Shown: positions 57,101-61,352 of the stretch, one piece after another
How positions within the stretch are numbered: the first letter of the stretch is position 1
Layout: every line of letters starts with the position of its first letter
Virus record (IMG/VR): IMGVR_UViG_3300009187_000027
Span: 1-61,352 of that record
DNA: 61,352 bases
From: a virus
Lineage: Duplodnaviria > Caudoviricetes
Reading direction: 5' to 3' (one strand)
Made by a program: the position numbers and the translations under genes
Notes under the pieces: generated by a model
Told to the model about the DNA's origin: nothing
Database searches by the model: none
Seen by the model: only the letters and a program-made list of their open reading frames with translations

Positions 57101-57928
57101 GCGAAGAGGAGGTTTGGTGGAGATTCGCCCGAAGCACAGACGCTGAGAGATGTGCGTCGGGCACTGTCATCTGCTGGTGCTGCGTCTGCGGAACCCAGTG
57201 ATTTGATGAGCGCTCTCGGGATGGACGGCTATGACTCGCCCGAAGTCCTGCCTGATCGCATTCCGCCCAGCGTTGGCGACTACAACGTCCCTTTCCCCGA
57301 GGGTCTGTCATCGCCTCTGACTCCACCTCTCCGATCATCTTGGAGCCCGGCGGGAGCCCACTCGGTTTGGGTGCCGCCGACGCCGCCACCAAAACAGAAC
57401 CCACCGGGGCAATCGTCTGAGTGGTTCCCGGCGGGTGCGTCCGAGCCTTTCTCCAACCCTGTCTATGGCCCTTCGCTGCCGCCAGATTGGGACGGCTCCG
57501 CACTTGGCAATGCGGCGCGGAATGCCGATTCTTCCGCATTCTCAAACCCCATGCAGGGGCCACCGCTGCCGCCGGGATGGAACGGATCGTCTGCCGCACA
57601 GGCGGCTGTGCAGGCTAGTCCCTCCACCGCAGCGCCGACCCCCGGCATGCTGACTCGCCTGTGGAGAGGCACGACGCCGGGCAGGGCGATTATTGGCGGG
57701 GCGGCGGCGCTGGGTGCGCTGGGTTATTGGAACAGAGGCGACAACGGGCCACAGGAGACGGGTCTCCAGCCGTGGACTCCCGCCGCTCCAACGCCAGTAC
57801 CTTCCGATACGGAAGGCGAAGACATCGGCAGGGCGATGGCAGCCCTCAAGGCGATACAGGCGACTAGGGAAGACCGTGGCGGCAGCATGGGCTACGCCGG
57901 TTTTGATTGGCGAAACGGAGGTCGGTGA
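54137..57928 (+). CDS. Large Pro/Thr-rich putative ejection protein
   Basis: ~1263 aa, PT/PA tracts, late hydrophobic segment AIIGGAAALGALGYW. Confidence 0.7.
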   Translation: MADPRKFISALKAQNLSDLSDAEKAAAPGGPVFQQGAKKKNGESGKISVRGSGKTDAEAIMLAIQNPEARGFIANLPPDEIADLYDRIAEVNKGWADEFSGIIMDGNPAVALPETDENPLRERPGQITRNTPEPTNSLADRLDAEIEISDRRDDARLRGQRDTLDQMKGVSRRDPPTTAADAVANKAPERVSPPAYKDEQIVISRFEKGKGKGKPTKVTQRISGPKSAPEGRSPASRTAPVGEYQPDRRLGKALLQFFKDVAKTGWTVPEDIEWSVPAKGDKPAKTVTYKAGDKPSAADLQAIYRRKPEWLRDVRVSLYKDPRSRARGQVLPTGEEAALPSAPRSGSPGKLGRMKEGYYGNKTGTTDKKGALLDARSNNSKQETLARKVTEASGFNPAAAEGMGLTRSREEMIEGGFDPGGVKSPVGDSRMQGPEKRVDTAHWLVRDMYKEKGDAILEFLRTAPDESAQRQALKVAQSIVNRNTPTTDRISRVAAADSVMGVFDALMTGAGRKSYVPGPDLQKFQREAVSGDVEAGRIPVSSPDVTPTRVMDIHPYNSRPITVAGGLAVPLDKVKLRSGLSNDAPADVTRVPMTVDLPKSTATPGVYAGKGADEMVAIFDAKYNGMGLDEVRDYLDEAIKAGKNAGEDVAELEFDRNALLDARTERKSFEEMLAGLDRADATSRYDKFIQPREKAVEEKPKRGGKKTVAVEKPLPLAQRGIRYVRTRDADGNPVVTEIREPVAATSEVPVAETLPQNTTPSEPTPAPTPAPTPAPTPTPAPTPTPTPTPASTPAAPKGGLGEDYRALASIAASGDTPHEDLVSLMADLDSQYSMEKDAGGPSKEIDRLRKAAAAAVKARAPRKGNTRVRQGATTNLTPPPPAPTPTPAPTPVATSVPAEPSAVAKPERKPRAPAAPPPVDSRGFPTSTYSEPLGPGGTPQSDAWLFDRRGTDLLDVSYGDGGKVNVDSTIMGFPPADSTEGWLPLHAEAKRRFGGDSPEAQTLRDVRRALSSAGAASAEPSDLMSALGMDGYDSPEVLPDRIPPSVGDYNVPFPEGLSSPLTPPLRSSWSPAGAHSVWVPPTPPPKQNPPGQSSEWFPAGASEPFSNPVYGPSLPPDWDGSALGNAARNADSSAFSNPMQGPPLPPGWNGSSAAQAAVQASPSTAAPTPGMLTRLWRGTTPGRAIIGGAAALGALGYWNRGDNGPQETGLQPWTPAAPTPVPSDTEGEDIGRAMAALKAIQATREDRGGSMGYAGFDWRNGGR

Positions 57929-59904
57929 TGGCTGAAACAGAGGCACAGCGGATCGAGCGACTCAGGGCGAGGCGCGACGAACTCAATCGGCAGGGGAGGC
58001 CCGCTCCGAAGTGGGAGCCACAAGCACTCGACGGCGCACCTGAACCGCCGCAATGGGAACCCCCCGCCCTCGACGGCGCACCCGATGCGATGTGGGAAGC
58101 CCCGCGCCGCACCTATTCGCCACCGGGAGCATACGAGCCACAGACCGCACCGCAGCGTCCCGCCGCCGCCGCGCCACAGCCTGCACCGCAGCGTCCCGCC
58201 GCACAGGTTGACGCTCCGCACCCAGACATTGCCTCAGTGGCGTGGGACGCCAGCGGCAATGCACTGCCGAACCAGCCACGCCCCGTGCCCGTCACGCCGC
58301 CAGACTCAGGCATCGTCCCTCATCAGTGGACTGACACCACCGGGAATTACTCGCGATTCGGTCGGATGACGGGCTTCGACACCCAGAACGGGGTCGTGAG
58401 AATCAAGACCGCCACTGGCGAGACGTATGTGCCGATGTCTCGGCTCTCGCCGCGAGACCGCGAGTACGTTCAATCGCAGCCCGAGATGCCGTGGCAGGCT
58501 GACCCGAGGCAGCAAAGCATCGCAGAGCGTAAGCGACCTCAGTACGTCGGCAAGCCCAAGCCGCCGATTGTCGGGGACGCGCCCAAGCCCGTGAAGGCCA
58601 AGGCCCAAGTGACTCCCGAGACTGCACCAACGCCAGACGCTGGCGGGAAGTCCGCTCGCGAGGTCGCTGCTGCCGTGGTCAGGCCCGAACTGACGGGAGA
58701 CTACGACGCCGACGTTCGTGCCCTCCACTTTTTCCATCTCGGGAACGGGATGACTGCTGAAGAGGCGAGTCGGCAGGCTGTCAAGGATGTGATGCGTGGC
58801 AGTCAGGAGGCGGATCGCAAGTCCCGTGCAGACGCCGCCGCCGCGCAGGAGGAGGCGAGGAAGAACGCCACAGTCGCACCGCAGCGCCGATGGGACGGCT
58901 CTGTTGTCACGGGCGAGATGCATCCCGGCCCGAACCTCCTCGACCCGACAGAGCAAGACCTCAAGGAGATGAGCCCATCTGAACTGGGCTTCCACCAGTG
59001 GGTGAACGAGCAGGGCGCTGGCTCCGCAAGGCAGGGCAGGTATAACCCCGCAGGATTTGAGCGGAACCAGCAGGCGATGGTAGCCAAGAAGTCCGAGTGG
59101 GATCGCAAGCAGACCGAGAAGGATCGGCTAAAGCGATGGGACTCAAACGGCGACGGTTTTCTGTCCCCAGAAGAAGAGAAGACGGGCAGGGACGCGGTCG
59201 CGAGGAATGCCGAGCGTCAAAACTTGATGCGTCAATACACGAGGGTTGGTGGGCAAGACGCTCTCGACATGGAGTTCCATGAGTTTGAGCAGAAGCCCGA
59301 GCAACGCCAGAACGCACTCTTTGAGGCGCATCAGGAAAAGTTGGCTCGCTTGGATCAGCAGGATGCCCGCCGCAGAAACGATTGGCAGGAGATGCAGGCC
59401 ACCGGACGCACCTACCGGCAGATCACTGCGTTCAGGACGCTGTCGAACCCCAACGCTTCGCCCGAAGAGAAGTTGGCTGCGGCGGCGGAACTAGGCCCAG
59501 AAGCGTCTCGCAACTACCGACAGCAGGTTGCGACTGACGCATGGGCACGGGCGCAGGGCGGGAACAAACCCAGCGGCAAGCCGAACCCCTACAACGCTGG
59601 CATCGATCTGGCGAATACCTATACCGGCGACGAGCCGTATGATGTCGCTCATACCAACCTCGCCGGGACGATGGCTGCTAACGGTCTGGATGCGACTGCT
59701 GCCAATACGCAAGCCACGATCATCATGCAGCAACTCGCATTCAGGGAGATTCTCGCCGGGAGGGAGCCGTCGCCCAATCAAATGCCTGCCCTGAGAATGC
59801 CGGGCAAGAAAAAGGAAGAGTTCCGAGCCTTGGCGGCAAGGCACGGCGTTCACGATCCCGCTGTGGCGGATGCGATCTATGACAAGTACCGACTCGGGGA
59901 GTAG
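57928..59904 (+). CDS. Putative virion protein with SHD1 domain and EF-hand
   Basis: WTDTTG...G.V.I...G...VPMSRLSPRDREYV (SHD1); DSNGDGFLSPEE (EF-hand). Confidence 0.72.
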   Translation: MAETEAQRIERLRARRDELNRQGRPAPKWEPQALDGAPEPPQWEPPALDGAPDAMWEAPRRTYSPPGAYEPQTAPQRPAAAAPQPAPQRPAAQVDAPHPDIASVAWDASGNALPNQPRPVPVTPPDSGIVPHQWTDTTGNYSRFGRMTGFDTQNGVVRIKTATGETYVPMSRLSPRDREYVQSQPEMPWQADPRQQSIAERKRPQYVGKPKPPIVGDAPKPVKAKAQVTPETAPTPDAGGKSAREVAAAVVRPELTGDYDADVRALHFFHLGNGMTAEEASRQAVKDVMRGSQEADRKSRADAAAAQEEARKNATVAPQRRWDGSVVTGEMHPGPNLLDPTEQDLKEMSPSELGFHQWVNEQGAGSARQGRYNPAGFERNQQAMVAKKSEWDRKQTEKDRLKRWDSNGDGFLSPEEEKTGRDAVARNAERQNLMRQYTRVGGQDALDMEFHEFEQKPEQRQNALFEAHQEKLARLDQQDARRRNDWQEMQATGRTYRQITAFRTLSNPNASPEEKLAAAAELGPEASRNYRQQVATDAWARAQGGNKPSGKPNPYNAGIDLANTYTGDEPYDVAHTNLAGTMAANGLDATAANTQATIIMQQLAFREILAGREPSPNQMPALRMPGKKKEEFRALAARHGVHDPAVADAIYDKYRLGE

Positions 59905-59910
59905 CCGCTC

Positions 59911-61352
59911 ATGGCAATCGGCGTCCCTGCCTCCGAGTCCAGAAAAGCCGAGATGGCAGATGCCATCAAGGCTGAAGAATTGCGCCGCCTAACCTCCGGG
60001 TCGAGCGGCATCGAGAATTTCTTCTGGGGACTCGACACTCTCGACGCCACCGCCCGCAGTGCGGTGGATTTCTTGCAAGATGGAACATGGAATAACCCGC
60101 TCGATCCCAACCAGCGGGTGACCGGAGAGCAGATCGTTGCCAACGCTGGCCTGAAGTCGGGCAACGGTGCCCTCGACTTCGCGACGGGGCTGGCGACCGA
60201 GATGCTGCTCTCCCCGACCAACCTCATCAGTGGCCCGCTGGGTGCCCTCCGCCCTGCTGGCAAGGCTGCAAAGGCTGCCGGGCTGCTCGACAACGCAGCG
60301 ACCATTGCATCCAAGCGTGTTGTTGCCGCACCCACGGCGGAGGCGACACGCATAGCAACGGCTATGGGCTCGACACCCGCCGACTATCTGGAGCATGCCG
60401 CCCGTCCGCTCGTCGGGCCGCGAGTGGCGCAGAAATCACTCACCATCCAAGACCTCATCGATGAAATCGCTGACCCGGTCAAGAAGGTGGAAGCCCAGAG
60501 GGGCATCGATGACTATGCGAGGACACAGGGGCTAACCCCGACAGACCTTCAAGGCCCACTCGGTGCGGACATAGGGGTCGATTACCTTGCGGGCAGCGCT
60601 ACGGGCAGCCTGCCGGGCGGCGACAAGATTGCGTCGGCTCTGGATTCCGCTGGCGACCGAATCATGTGGAGTCCAGCACTCCGATTCGGCAGCCAACTCT
60701 TCGACAAGAACGTCGCTGGTAGGTACGACGCAGAAGACCAAGCGATGGCGATGCGGTTCAACACCGCCGGGGCGGCAGGCGATAAGAGCGCACGCCTCAT
60801 GACGGTGCAGGATTTGAACAAACTGCGTGACGCACAGATTCCAGACGCTGTGGCTCAAGCCACCGGCATCAAAAGCGTCACCTCGCCTGAGTCATTCGCC
60901 GCTATCGACCGTCTCCTTGAGGGTGTTGCCCACACCAAGTCTGACGAGGCGTACCTTGCGGGCGTCCCAGAGGTAGCAGCCTATGTGGACGCCCTCAAGA
61001 ACGGTCGCTTCCCACAGGCTCTCGCAGACAGCAAGGAGTGGGGGCTGCGAGCCAACCAGTTGAAGCACCCCTACGGTGCTGGCTACCGACCCTATCAGGC
61101 TGATGCGTCGGTCGCTGGGATAGCCATCCCCAAGGAGGCGAGGAAGCAATCGCTGTTCTCACCCGTCACGGCAGACATGCTGGCCCGCGATCCCAACCTC
61201 GCACTGCCCGGCGGAATCGACCAACTCAGGTACTACTCCACCGACAAAAGGTTCGTGAACGGGCGAGGGCTAAACGCTGCGGGAGTCAAGTACACAGATG
61301 CCGAGGTCGCAGACATCCTCCAGAAGGAAGTCCTCGATCCCAACTCAGCGTA
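59911..61352 (+). CDS. N-terminal part of a ~1223-aa protein spanning the genome join; probable internal virion/ejection protein
   Basis: ATG at 59911 (MAIGVPASESRK...) reads to the window end and is in frame with 23..2545 through the repeat. Confidence 0.8.
   Translation, partial: MAIGVPASESRKAEMADAIKAEELRRLTSGSSGIENFFWGLDTLDATARSAVDFLQDGTWNNPLDPNQRVTGEQIVANAGLKSGNGALDFATGLATEMLLSPTNLISGPLGALRPAGKAAKAAGLLDNAATIASKRVVAAPTAEATRIATAMGSTPADYLEHAARPLVGPRVAQKSLTIQDLIDEIADPVKKVEAQRGIDDYARTQGLTPTDLQGPLGADIGVDYLAGSATGSLPGGDKIASALDSAGDRIMWSPALRFGSQLFDKNVAGRYDAEDQAMAMRFNTAGAAGDKSARLMTVQDLNKLRDAQIPDAVAQATGIKSVTSPESFAAIDRLLEGVAHTKSDEAYLAGVPEVAAYVDALKNGRFPQALADSKEWGLRANQLKHPYGAGYRPYQADASVAGIAIPKEARKQSLFSPVTADMLARDPNLALPGGIDQLRYYSTDKRFVNGRGLNAAGVKYTDAEVADILQKEVLDPNSA
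61038..61352. repeat. Terminal direct repeat, right copy (circular overlap)
   Basis: gtgggggctgcgagcc...aactcagcgta repeats bases 1-315. Confidence 0.97.

Overview
The window is an apparently complete, circularly permuted dsDNA bacteriophage genome of about 61,037 bp: bases 1-315 recur at 61038-61352 with six substitutions, and one long gene runs across the join. It is GC-rich. I saw no tape-measure or sheath gene, so it looks podovirus-like. A PEP-CTERM protein, an SHD1 domain, an EF-hand and a secreted CAP protein suggest a Planctomycetota (PVC) host; this is inference. Layout: (i) 2.5-5 kb, minus strand: tyrosine recombinase, PEP-CTERM gene, a structured ~360-nt non-coding stretch, DUF3820-like gene; (ii) 5-12.8 kb, plus strand: RecE-like nuclease, ERF, SF2 helicase, HNH, Holliday resolvase, dNTP diphosphohydrolase, sigma factor; (iii) 12.7-23.2 kb, minus strand: an accessory array (serine recombinase, VWA, MoxR, methyltransferase-like, GP88-like, unknowns); (iv) 24-61 kb: SSB, capsid, terminase, portal, collagen-rich fibres, tail proteins, Cys-rich proteins and large ejection-type proteins. 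The most striking signals are non-coding. First, an oriented 13-mer (GATTGGCTGATTG) occurs 10 times at gene junctions of the accessory array, in five cases followed by a covarying hairpin with a G(C/T)GTT loop upstream of the Shine-Dalgarno. Second, five copies of a promoter-like element CGATCT(G/A)TTGAC(C/A)-N7-(T/G)AnnnT have a 7-nt rather than ~17-nt spacer. Third, a GCCATAAG motif precedes structural operons, once back-to-back. All family assignments are from motif recognition by eye; no searches were run.
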